IMG/VR virus record: IMGVR_UViG_3300030330_005988
Location: 1-47,596 of that record
Reading direction: 5' to 3' (one strand)
Length of the DNA: 47,596 nucleotides
Source: a virus
Lineage: Duplodnaviria > Caudoviricetes
Shown here: positions 9,006 to 17,143 of the stretch, one piece after another
Numbering within the stretch: position 1 is the stretch's first letter
Layout of the letters: each line of letters starts with the position of its first letter
Made by a program: the position numbers and the translations under genes
The notes under the pieces: generated by a model
Told to the model about the DNA's origin: nothing
What the model saw: only the letters and a program-made list of their open reading frames with translations
Databases searched by the model: none

Positions 9006-9664
9006 AATAGCTCCATCGCTCTTACGTATCCAGAATTTTCATACTGCTTCTTGATTCCAGACTTAATAGCATGCATGCAAAACTCAAAGGCTTGTTTGAA
9101 AGTTCTGCTTTTTTTATTTCGGTTTTTGCCCCAATTAACTTGAAATGGTAAGTTGCTTGGATTTACACTGATTTCTTCTAATTGCTTTATGCTTGTGTAA
9201 AACAAATCTTTAGTATCTTTTTTGTTGATAATCAAAAAATAATAGTCTCTTTTTATGTTGAGCTTTTCTTTTTCAATTTCAGCTTTGTTTGTCTTTATCC
9301 AATCAAATAAATCTTTTATGTCTTTTGTTTTATTTGGCTTTCTAGAAGACGAGATTTTAACATCTGTGAAGCAATGCAAAATTGTTAAAAAATTACAAGA
9401 ATTATCAGATCCGGCAAGACTAGACGACTTAAAATTAACAGGTGTTCCGGTTGGTGTGTGAACAAAATCACACCAAGATCTTGGCGGCATCACAGTAACT
9501 TGCTTCGGAAATTTCCCTTTCAGTTTTCCCAGCACTATATCTTCGTCAATTGATGAATTGACTCTGCCGTCGTCGCTTTGCTCACATAAACTAATATTGT
9601 CTTTTTTCAAAAACAACACAGCTTCTTCTAAAAATGTCTCAACATTGTTTAAATCTTTTGTCAT
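9002..9664 (-). CDS. Putative type II restriction endonuclease (PD-(D/E)XK-like)
   Basis: ATGA-coupled directly upstream of the MTase; DE...WCDF...PVNFKSS pattern and DYYFLIINK strand. Confidence 0.6.
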   Translation of the reverse strand: MTKDLNNVETFLEEAVLFLKKDNISLCEQSDDGRVNSSIDEDIVLGKLKGKFPKQVTVMPPRSWCDFVHTPTGTPVNFKSSSLAGSDNSCNFLTILHCFTDVKISSSRKPNKTKDIKDLFDWIKTNKAEIEKEKLNIKRDYYFLIINKKDTKDLFYTSIKQLEEISVNPSNLPFQVNWGKNRNKKSRTFKQAFEFCMHAIKSGIKKQYENSGYVRAMELL

Positions 9665-9688
9665 ATATTCCTCCTCAGTTACTTCTAT

Positions 9689-9717
9689 ATTATAACATTA
9701 TTTATGGTTGTTGTCAA
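9689..9717 (-). promoter_or_regulatory. Perfect sigma70 promoter for the R-M pair
   Basis: TTGACA-17-TATAAT; GAGGAGG RBS follows. Confidence 0.9.
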
Positions 9718-9800
9718 GTGTTTTTTGTTTTTTCCTCATAGAAAAGAGACGCTCGGGGAGTGGAAACCTTATCTCTGAATCTTCACCCGAAACGCCAAAA

Positions 9801-10697
9801 TTATTCTATGTGCCCTGTTCCTACTACTTCCCAAATCATGTGAGAGTCAATGTAGCCATTCAACTCAGGGGCAGGCCTGCTGTCTATTCTGTGTCGGATA
9901 AGATGCACAGCAGCCAATGACCATGTGGGATAAGACTGAAAGTAGCTACCTGGAATAAACATAGATCCGGTATCCATCTCTTGGCATGAAACTGCACCAA
10001 GTAGTTGTGATCCATCGGGTGAATACACAGCGATGATGATTTCAAACTCATCTCCATACAACGCAGGATACCATGTAAAATTTGTCCCATTTTTGGAAAT
10101 TACAGCATCAAAAGCGTAAGAAGGATCAACCCATAGTAAAGTGTAGGGCTGAATGTCGTCGAAGCCCTCTATGCTCGTAAATGCATTGATTATCGTACCG
10201 TTTTCACTAGTAATTGTATGGGGTGTTTGCCTCTGGATTTGGTACTCATAGAGGTATCCGTTCTCCCAACTTCCTTGTCCATTTGGGTTTAATTGAATGC
10301 TGTTAAACATAGCTGGTTGTGTAGCTGGTAAGGGCTGGGATCCTACGTATGTTTCCAACAGTTGTGTTGTGCATGTTCCGACCGGTGTCATGTAGTCAAA
10401 ATAATCACCGGATGTTGGATAATGCAGTAATAATTCTGCCCGGATGTCAAACTCTCCGGATGCTCCGACACAAGCAGGACAAGAGATCTGTCGGAAGTGC
10501 ATGGTTGCAAGACCCACAGATAATTCTGTCATTTGAGACTCAGGCTCACTTGTGGGGCTACTTGAGGGTTCACTTGGGGCCTCTGTATCTTCTACCACAA
10601 TGACATCCGATGTGTCTTGGGTTTTATCTGGTGCTGTGGTGATGATTGAAATGTCACCACCGCATGCGATAATTGTCGATAATAAAAAATATCTCAT
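9801..10697 (-). CDS. Putative lipoprotein
   Basis: True start MRYFLLSTIIAC at 10697 (AGGAG RBS; the longer ORF overlaps the tmRNA). Lipobox-like IIA-C, then an S/E/P/T-rich linker and a beta-rich domain. Confidence 0.65.
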   Translation of the reverse strand: MRYFLLSTIIACGGDISIITTAPDKTQDTSDVIVVEDTEAPSEPSSSPTSEPESQMTELSVGLATMHFRQISCPACVGASGEFDIRAELLLHYPTSGDYFDYMTPVGTCTTQLLETYVGSQPLPATQPAMFNSIQLNPNGQGSWENGYLYEYQIQRQTPHTITSENGTIINAFTSIEGFDDIQPYTLLWVDPSYAFDAVISKNGTNFTWYPALYGDEFEIIIAVYSPDGSQLLGAVSCQEMDTGSMFIPGSYFQSYPTWSLAAVHLIRHRIDSRPAPELNGYIDSHMIWEVVGTGHIE

Positions 10698-10714
10698 TTG
10701 TTCTCCTAAAAAAG

Positions 10715-11043
10715 TGGTGGAGGCGGAGGGAATCGAACCCTCGTCCACAGCATCATAAATTAAAGTCATTCACAAGTTTGTTTGGTTGTATCTCTAACCA
10801 ACAAGATATTTGCCGCGCTTAACCTCCGCTACAACGTGAGAGGGTGATCAATATTTATTTGTCCAGATCAACCGACTAGTCTCTTGTTTCACACCGGAAG
10901 AGACACCGGCGTTGATTATGCAGCTTGCGCTACGTCAAAGTGTGCGTTATTATTTGCAATTATTTGTTTTTAAACGATTAAGGTTGTTCATACCTACTTG
11001 CACTTGTCCTTCATGTCTACCCTGTCGAAACCATTGCGCCCCC
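10715..11043 (-). ncRNA. ssrA: tmRNA (one-piece), tag ANNNAHFDVAQAA*
   Basis: 5' GGGGGCGCAATGGTTTCGAC; 3' GAGGGTTCGATTCCCTCCGCCTCCACCA; acceptor stem GGGGGCG/CGCCTCC with G3-U wobble; encoded CCA; tag frame 10957-10916 starts at GCA and ends AA-TAA; 329 nt. Confidence 0.95.
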
Positions 11044-11048
11044 ATGTT

Positions 11049-11258
11049 TTAATACACAAAACTTAGTTCGTTTAGCATGGCATAAAAATACTGCTTGTTT
11101 TTTAAATCATAGACCAGAAACAGTGTTTCATCTTCTTCATTTTCATAGTCACTGTTGTCTTCATGAAACTTGTTGTACTCTTTTCCATATTCTCCAACAA
11201 TAACACATACATTGTCCGGATGTTCTCCGTAAAAAAAATTTACTAGTGATCCAATCAT
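11049..11258 (-). CDS. Small SH3-like hypothetical protein
   Basis: 69 aa, GGAGG RBS; GSLVNF...VCVIVG...FLVYDL. Confidence 0.7.
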   Translation of the reverse strand: MIGSLVNFFYGEHPDNVCVIVGEYGKEYNKFHEDNSDYENEEDETLFLVYDLKNKQYFYAMLNELSFVY

Positions 11259-11278
11259 ATTTCCTCCCTACTTTTTAT

Positions 11279-11307
11279 AGTATAACATGATATGTTTTAT
11301 TTGTCAA
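11279..11307 (-). promoter_or_regulatory. sigma70-type promoter (small ORF plus tmRNA)
   Basis: TTGACA-17-TATACT. Confidence 0.85.
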
Positions 11308-11554
11308 TAGGAATTTTTAATTTTTTTAAATTAAACTCTAAAAGCGCAGACACATATCCGGATTCAAACCACTTTACTATATACTCGTGAGCGAACAGCT
11401 CTGTCTCTGGGTATTTACAAAATAAAGGATTTGCATCAGTCTTAATTTCTAATATTACACCCAACTGCCTCGTGCCATCTGCATATTTGTTATCTATTGA
11501 TGGGGAATAAAACACAAGATCCCCAATGTTAAATTTTTTTCCCAATGTCTTCAT
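11297..11554 (-). CDS. Small SH3/KOW-like hypothetical protein
   Basis: Likely start MKTLGKKFNIGDLVFY; LGVILEI; YIVKWFESG. Confidence 0.65.
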   Translation of the reverse strand: MKTLGKKFNIGDLVFYSPSIDNKYADGTRQLGVILEIKTDANPLFCKYPETELFAHEYIVKWFESGYVSALLEFNLKKLKIPIDK

Positions 11555-12530
11555 CCTCCATACCAATAACTAGTCTTCCATTTTTGGTAGCGATATCAAC
11601 AAGTGCATTTACATCATAAAGGTGCAGACACTCTAGTAAAAATTTTAACTCTGTGTACATATTCCCATCAGAGAATGGCTTATACACATCCTGAATGTTG
11701 TCTGACCCTATTGCGACCACCAAATCATATTCTAACATCTCTTCAACTGGAGTTATTGAATTGTGTGTTGGGGTTAGCCATTCCGATCTTCGCGAGTCTA
11801 TCCATGCGGTTGGGCAAGTAATGAAAGAGAGTCCCGCATCACGGGACATCCTGTAAATTTCTTTTCTGTATTTCTTATCATGGGCGGCAATTGAAATTCC
11901 ATGAACAGCAGTAACTCTTCCTTCCATGCGCCAATGCATTGTTCTCCGCGCTAATAACTCTGTTTCTTTTTCGTTATTGTCGTTAAGTTGATCTACATGC
12001 ACATGAACTCTCTTTCCGTATTCTCTCCCTAAGAAAAGAATTTCATCTAGATGAGCCTGTTCATAATTCTGGTCTGCTCTAGGTAAGCCACCGATGGCGT
12101 CTAAGTAGTCCATTTCCAAAGCTCTTCTAAGCAGTTCATTTTCTTTTGGGTCAATTACTCCCTTCAATGCTTGGGAGCAGATCTTAAGGTCAAAACCTTT
12201 CTCTTTGGCCCTCTTCTTTATTTTCTGTGCTGCCTCTAGGGCTTTAAATCCACAAACACTATCAACATCAACAAACGTCATGGCGCCGGCAACACCCTGT
12301 TTGATTTGCTTATCAACTGCTGTTGTCATATTGTTGATGTAAGTTTCAGTGTCGGCGTTTTTTTTGAAACCATCAATAAACTTCCATTTGTCAAAAAGGT
12401 GGTAATTAACCACCTTTTCCATATTCTCTTCAGTAACTGTGTATGCCCGATCAAAATGAGCATGGGCGTTAATAAAACCTCCCCTCTCCATAATTTTACA
12501 TAGTAAAAGTTTATTTGGATCAAACATCAA
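11529..12530 (-). CDS. Cytosine deaminase (CodA)-like metal-dependent amidohydrolase
   Basis: INAHAHFD, IGGLP, HVHVDQ, VTAVHG, ITCPT, IGSDNIQD; 333 aa. Confidence 0.85.
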   Translation of the reverse strand: MMFDPNKLLLCKIMERGGFINAHAHFDRAYTVTEENMEKVVNYHLFDKWKFIDGFKKNADTETYINNMTTAVDKQIKQGVAGAMTFVDVDSVCGFKALEAAQKIKKRAKEKGFDLKICSQALKGVIDPKENELLRRALEMDYLDAIGGLPRADQNYEQAHLDEILFLGREYGKRVHVHVDQLNDNNEKETELLARRTMHWRMEGRVTAVHGISIAAHDKKYRKEIYRMSRDAGLSFITCPTAWIDSRRSEWLTPTHNSITPVEEMLEYDLVVAIGSDNIQDVYKPFSDGNMYTELKFLLECLHLYDVNALVDIATKNGRLVIGMEDEDIGKKI

Positions 12531-12931
12531 TTTCTCCCTTGTCTGACGTATCTGAAAAAGAATTCTACCGGCCTTACGTCATCTGGACTGTCTGGTGTTG
12601 GCTCTGCTTTATCCATTGGAGGGACAACCAAATCTCTAGGGAAACCACCTTGAGCTGGTTGAAAGCTGTATCCAATTTCCTGGTATCTTCTTATCATTTC
12701 ATCGTACAAATCTCTTTCGGGGGTACCAGGATCAGCGCGAACCACTTTCTCTTTGGGGTTTTTCCTCACCGCTCTTTCCCCCATAAGATAGTAACTGTCT
12801 TTAGTGCCGTCTTGATTTATGAAATAAATCGCGCCTGAATCTGGGTCGAACGGAAGGTATTTAACTTCTTCTTTTAGTTTTTGCATTTGTTCTTTGATTA
12901 GTTTTTTTAATACTTTCGCGGTAAGTTTCAT
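12527..12931 (-). CDS. Hypothetical protein, possibly virion-associated
   Basis: 134 aa; N-terminus MKLTAKVLKKLIKE resembles ORF 17140-17952. Confidence 0.65.
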   Translation of the reverse strand: MKLTAKVLKKLIKEQMQKLKEEVKYLPFDPDSGAIYFINQDGTKDSYYLMGERAVRKNPKEKVVRADPGTPERDLYDEMIRRYQEIGYSFQPAQGGFPRDLVVPPMDKAEPTPDSPDDVRPVEFFFRYVRQGRN

Positions 12932-13515
12932 TGTTTTTCCTCATAGTTGAATAGATGTTTAAGAAATTTCTTTATCACATTGTCTTTGCATTTGTCATCA
13001 GCACACGAATAAAGACTCCATGAATAAGTAGATTTTTCTTTCTTTATTTTATCTTTTGTCTCTGAAATTTGTTCTTTCAAAATCCTTATTATCTCTTCAT
13101 TTATCTCTATTAATATAGCATGTTCATCGCAAATGTCAAGTAATTTTTCAAAGTTTTTTTCTTGCATTGCGGATGTGGCTTTTTTGAAGCTTTCTTCGTC
13201 TCCACCAATGTCTGGATGTATCTTCTTGGCAATCTGTTTGTAGATTTTTTTAAAAACATCCTTGTCTTTTTTGTTGTTATTGACAACAACAGCAGTGTCT
13301 TTTCTTACTGTTTTTGGAAGTAAGCGATGGACTTTTTCACTAGATTGCCGATTAAGCGTGTCTAGGTCGATGCTTTTTCTTTTGCAGTATTCTCGGTGAT
13401 ATTTTTCAAAAATAAGGTGCCACTCGCTTAGCACCTCTTCAACATATTCCAGTTCGCTTTGGAGATATTGCAACTCTTTTCTCAGGCGGTTGTATTTCTT
13501 CTGTTCGATGGACAT
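12928..13515 (-). CDS. J-domain (DnaJ-like) coiled-coil protein
   Basis: FKKIYKQIAKKIHPDIGGDEESFKKA contains the HPD motif; likely start MSIEQKK at 13515. Confidence 0.8.
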   Translation of the reverse strand: MSIEQKKYNRLRKELQYLQSELEYVEEVLSEWHLIFEKYHREYCKRKSIDLDTLNRQSSEKVHRLLPKTVRKDTAVVVNNNKKDKDVFKKIYKQIAKKIHPDIGGDEESFKKATSAMQEKNFEKLLDICDEHAILIEINEEIIRILKEQISETKDKIKKEKSTYSWSLYSCADDKCKDNVIKKFLKHLFNYEEKQ

Positions 13516-13519
13516 ATCA

Positions 13520-13527
13520 TAATTAGG
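13520..13527 (-). promoter_or_regulatory. Candidate late promoter (CCTAATTA)
   Basis: Motif lies 4 nt before ATG 13515, the same spacing as at 1579. Confidence 0.4.
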
Positions 13528-14407
13528 TTGCGACGCCGTGGAACTCTTTGTATGAAAACAAATCCTTTGGAGGTTTGACAATCTTATCAGAATACTCAGA
13601 TCTCATATATTTTTGATACTCTTCCCAGTTTGTGATATTGAAGTAGTTTTCAACTTTTAAAACATTGGCGTCTTTCAAGCTCAAGTCAGTAAAGACATCT
13701 TTTAATTCAAAAAACCTAGCAGACCAGCGATCTTCAATTGGTAAAAGTTCCATATTTCCATAATCACCTTTCCACTTTCCGGTTCCTTTGCGGACATTTC
13801 TTCGATACTTGATAAACTCATCTTTGCCAAATGTGAATGATGTGTAGATATTATCTTGCACTGTTTTTCCGTCTGAGATAATATAGAAATTTTTTTGTGA
13901 GCTTATTTTGCTTTTCATTGTTATCACTTCTCGTGGATCTATGATACCATAAGGGAAGCTCACATAGTATTTGTCTGGGATTATCCACTTGGATATCTTC
14001 GAGGATGTTTTGAACGCAACAAGAGAGCCATAGATGACACTCCAAGATAGGCAATCCCTCCTATCTCTATCTTTAGGGTGTTGGGGTATCCAAAAAATCG
14101 GAATACGTTTGCGATGATCTCGATTGGCAGATGTATTGTAGTAATAATAAGATGGATCCTCTATATAGTCTCCGATCCGATGGCGCAAGAGAGGCGCCGT
14201 GTCATCGTTACAAACTATCCATATTGTATCACAACCAGCATATGCACACTCAACAATGGCTGCATCTAGTAGTGTGTAGTCATCAGCAACCGGCATCATA
14301 ACATTAGGAAATGGAAAGTTTAAGTTTACACGGTTACCTGCAACCGGCACGATTCCCGCAAGATGGAAATTTGCTTGTGACGTAAAAGTTTTTTCGTTAG
14401 GTTCCAT
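13523..14407 (-). CDS. Sugar-phosphate nucleotidyltransferase-like protein
   Basis: HLAGIVPVAG, MMPVADDYTLLDAAIVECAYAGCDTIWIV, C-terminal FNITNWEEY; GGAG RBS. Confidence 0.7.
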   Translation of the reverse strand: MEPNEKTFTSQANFHLAGIVPVAGNRVNLNFPFPNVMMPVADDYTLLDAAIVECAYAGCDTIWIVCNDDTAPLLRHRIGDYIEDPSYYYYNTSANRDHRKRIPIFWIPQHPKDRDRRDCLSWSVIYGSLVAFKTSSKISKWIIPDKYYVSFPYGIIDPREVITMKSKISSQKNFYIISDGKTVQDNIYTSFTFGKDEFIKYRRNVRKGTGKWKGDYGNMELLPIEDRWSARFFELKDVFTDLSLKDANVLKVENYFNITNWEEYQKYMRSEYSDKIVKPPKDLFSYKEFHGVAT

Positions 14408-15165
14408 GTCTCCTTCTCTTGTTTAAATTTTGTAAATATTTCTTGCACCGTGTATTTCGGCGTGTAGCTTTTTACTATTTCCCTGTGTGAATGATCAAGC
14501 TTAATTGCATAGAACAACTGCTTTCCGAACTTATTGTATCCATTTGGTGTCCCCCGAAGCCCTTGATCTTTCATCATTCCAATTGTTTTAAGCCTTACAT
14601 TTCCCTCTGAGTTGTAATATTCCAAGATGTCTCTAGATTTCATAAAGGATACCGAAACCAGATCCTTTCTTCCTTTGCCGGCCTGACCTCTTCTTGTTGA
14701 GTTATAGAAGATAATTTTGTTCACCAAAGCATTTTCTGTGTCTGAAATTTCATCCATTTCAATTTTAGAACCAGAATTGATATCGAACCAATCATAAACC
14801 GTTACATCTTCATCGTTATGCTGATCAAAACTTATTTTTCTCTCATATGCCACAATAAATCTGGTGTTGTCTTTGAGGGAAAAAATAATTTTATTGGATT
14901 CTTGCCTTACGTTTCTAACATTGTTAGGCATCATAACCAACCCAGCCATTGAGAGGATAAAAACCAATCTGTCCCACAACTGTATCTTTGTCAGCTCAGT
15001 GTTAGTATCATACCCCAAGAACTTGTAGATGTCGCTGAAATCTGCTTTTTCAAGTTCAAATGGAATATAGGGTTGAGTTAAAATTATCGGTGTCTCGGTC
15101 ATGTAGGAGTATAGTAACGACTCTAGAGATCCACCTGTTATTACTTTTTGTAAAATTAAATTCAT
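14326..15165 (-). CDS. Hypothetical protein with a Rossmann-like N-terminus
   Basis: 279 aa; KVITGGSLESLLYSY beta-alpha start. Confidence 0.6.
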   Translation of the reverse strand: MNLILQKVITGGSLESLLYSYMTETPIILTQPYIPFELEKADFSDIYKFLGYDTNTELTKIQLWDRLVFILSMAGLVMMPNNVRNVRQESNKIIFSLKDNTRFIVAYERKISFDQHNDEDVTVYDWFDINSGSKIEMDEISDTENALVNKIIFYNSTRRGQAGKGRKDLVSVSFMKSRDILEYYNSEGNVRLKTIGMMKDQGLRGTPNGYNKFGKQLFYAIKLDHSHREIVKSYTPKYTVQEIFTKFKQEKETWNLTKKLLRHKQISILRESCRLQVTV

Positions 15166-15167
15166 GC

Positions 15168-16196
15168 TTACCTCATCAGCATTCTAGCTTCTCTAGCTTT
15201 TGTGTTGTTTTTCATCTTTCTAAATAATTTGAAAGCTTCTCCGGCAGCTTGCTTATCACCTGCTCTCGCTTTGCTAAGTAGTTCTTCTGCTTTCTCTTCA
15301 TCTGAGATTTCTTTATTGATTGTTTTACCAGAATAGGAACCAGGGTCAGACTCAATTCTTCGCAAGTCTTTGTATGATTGCTTTAGGGCCCTTTCCATCC
15401 GGATAACTGCACCAGCGAAGATTTGTTTTTCTTCGCCATCTTTAAAAGGATATTTTCTCCACAGTGATAAAGCTCTATTTAGAGCCTCTTGGAATTTTTT
15501 CTCAGCCAAAGAAGCCATTATGTAGGCTGGGTCTTCACGATTCTGCATATAAAAAGTGTATCTTTCCCCAATGTATTCTTTGTCTTTATCCGTGGCTTCT
15601 GTGGGTAGAACGATCAGGCCAGTGGAAAAAGCACCACCAGAGTGTCGTTTATCTGAAGTTCTAGAGCTGGTCATTCTACCCAATTTTTGTCTAAAGTCAT
15701 AATCTTTATTGTCTAGCATTTCTACAAACCTTCCGAATCTTTCAAACAAATCAGAATATGCCTCATCTTCGTTTGATCCTTTTCCTAAAACTGCTTTTAA
15801 ATTATTCGTATTTTCTCTAGTCCAGATGTCAATCATCTTAACGCCACGCATTTTTTTTGTGTCACCAAATCTTTTATCTAAAGGCGGAGACTCAACAACA
15901 AAAACTGCGAAGTGATCAGCGAATAGCGAAGAGTTGTTATAAATGTTTTTTATCCTTTCAGCAGCGGAGAGCCCAAACTCAACTCTGGATAGGTATTCGC
16001 TTTGATTGGAAATCTCTCCACCTTGGAGAAAATGAACAGCGTGTGCTGATGCTTTTATATTGGCCAACCTCTCATTGTATGGCATACCTAATTCACTAGC
16101 TTTTGCCTCTATTTCCTTTTCTAAAGGAGTTTTGGCGATAGTAGCCTCTTTTATTGCAAAACGCCTCCATTCATTTAAAATTTTCTTCATTTTCAT
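15168..16196 (-). CDS. Hypothetical protein, possibly virion-associated
   Basis: 342 aa; N-terminus MKKILNEWRRF; candidate late motif upstream. Confidence 0.7.
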   Translation of the reverse strand: MKMKKILNEWRRFAIKEATIAKTPLEKEIEAKASELGMPYNERLANIKASAHAVHFLQGGEISNQSEYLSRVEFGLSAAERIKNIYNNSSLFADHFAVFVVESPPLDKRFGDTKKMRGVKMIDIWTRENTNNLKAVLGKGSNEDEAYSDLFERFGRFVEMLDNKDYDFRQKLGRMTSSRTSDKRHSGGAFSTGLIVLPTEATDKDKEYIGERYTFYMQNREDPAYIMASLAEKKFQEALNRALSLWRKYPFKDGEEKQIFAGAVIRMERALKQSYKDLRRIESDPGSYSGKTINKEISDEEKAEELLSKARAGDKQAAGEAFKLFRKMKNNTKAREARMLMR

Positions 16197-16413
16197 AATT
16201 TTTCACCTTTTTCATGAAGTCTTGTGGTATGTCAGTAACTAGTTCGGAGCCAACAAACACATCATACACCCAATAACTGATATTTTCATCACCGCCCCTT
16301 ATACTACAGTTGCGAGCATCAGACATTATTATTCCAATGCTCGCAACATCTACATCGATGCACAGTATTTGCGCAAAATAAGTTAGCTCAACCAATTCAC
16401 CTTTCTTGAACAT
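16171..16413 (-). CDS. Small SH3/KOW-like hypothetical protein
   Basis: Likely start MFKKGELVELT at 16413; the longer version would overlap thyX heavily. Confidence 0.55.
   Translation of the reverse strand: MFKKGELVELTYFAQILCIDVDVASIGIIMSDARNCSIRGGDENISYWVYDVFVGSELVTDIPQDFMKKVKNYENEENFK
16236..16243 (-). promoter_or_regulatory. Candidate late promoter variant (ACTAGTTA)
   Basis: About 40 nt upstream of ORF 15168-16196. Confidence 0.35.
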
Positions 16414-17143
16414 CACCGGAGTCAAAAATATTCCGGTAGGCACCAACGGTGATTGGGAAGAGGTCGGTGGCAATTTCAAGACATGCTTCGGCAACTTTTT
16501 GGATCTCCCATTGAGCGCCATCGTGCATGCGAAGAGAAATGAACTTAAGTAAATTATTAAGATTAACAGTACCATAATACTCAGTATATAGAGTTTGTGG
16601 TAAAACACCCCTCGCCTGTTCCCGGCACACTCCTTTATTAACTAGTTCTTCAAATAGCCTAAGGGAGTGAGCACAGTGCTCTCTATAGGTTTCTGACGCG
16701 GGTGGGTGAAAGGCTGGTATCAAAGTACCGCTTTTCATTTTCCATAAATAAGGATTAATTAGTTCTTCTGTGTTGGAAGCTTGTCGGTTTGATTTGTGTT
16801 GAGTTCTAAATTTTCGTGGACAATAAAACCGAAGTTCTTTGTCTGTGTATCGTCGACTAATTTCGTTATAACTCCACGTTCTGTGACGGTGGTGCTGAGA
16901 ACGAATGTATAGAGGGACAGTAAATTTATAGGTAACAACACAATGCTCCAAAGTAGAAGTGTGCTTGTGGGAAACAAGGTACCGTATGAGTTTCCTATCT
17001 CGTTTATCCAATTCAGACTTTGTATTCCCAAAAGAGACACGAGCACTGTTAACAACGGTAAGGTCGCTACCCATATGAGAAACATAGTCCACCCTACCGA
17101 TGTTATCTCCATAGAGATCAATTGATTTTTCATAGTCTTTCAT
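16397..17143 (-). CDS. thyX: FAD-dependent thymidylate synthase
   Basis: VNSARVSF, HTSTLEH, RHRTWSYNEISRRY, EQARGVLP, AQWEI. Confidence 0.97.
   Translation of the reverse strand: MKDYEKSIDLYGDNIGRVDYVSHMGSDLTVVNSARVSFGNTKSELDKRDRKLIRYLVSHKHTSTLEHCVVTYKFTVPLYIRSQHHRHRTWSYNEISRRYTDKELRFYCPRKFRTQHKSNRQASNTEELINPYLWKMKSGTLIPAFHPPASETYREHCAHSLRLFEELVNKGVCREQARGVLPQTLYTEYYGTVNLNNLLKFISLRMHDGAQWEIQKVAEACLEIATDLFPITVGAYRNIFDSGDVQER

Noticed and set aside
10715-10750. tRNA gene suggested by GGTTCGATTCC...CCA
   Set aside because: The matching acceptor strand lies about 300 nt away with a tag reading frame in between, so this is the 3' end of the tmRNA.
10698-10769. N-terminal extension MTLIYDAVDEGSIPSAST of ORF 9801-10769
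   Set aside because: It is translated tmRNA sequence; the SD and signal peptide point to ATG 10697.
16414-16608. Hydrophobic N-terminal extension of ORF 16171-16608 as a membrane protein
   Set aside because: It lies wholly within thyX in another frame; a start at 16413 gives a typical small SH3-like protein.
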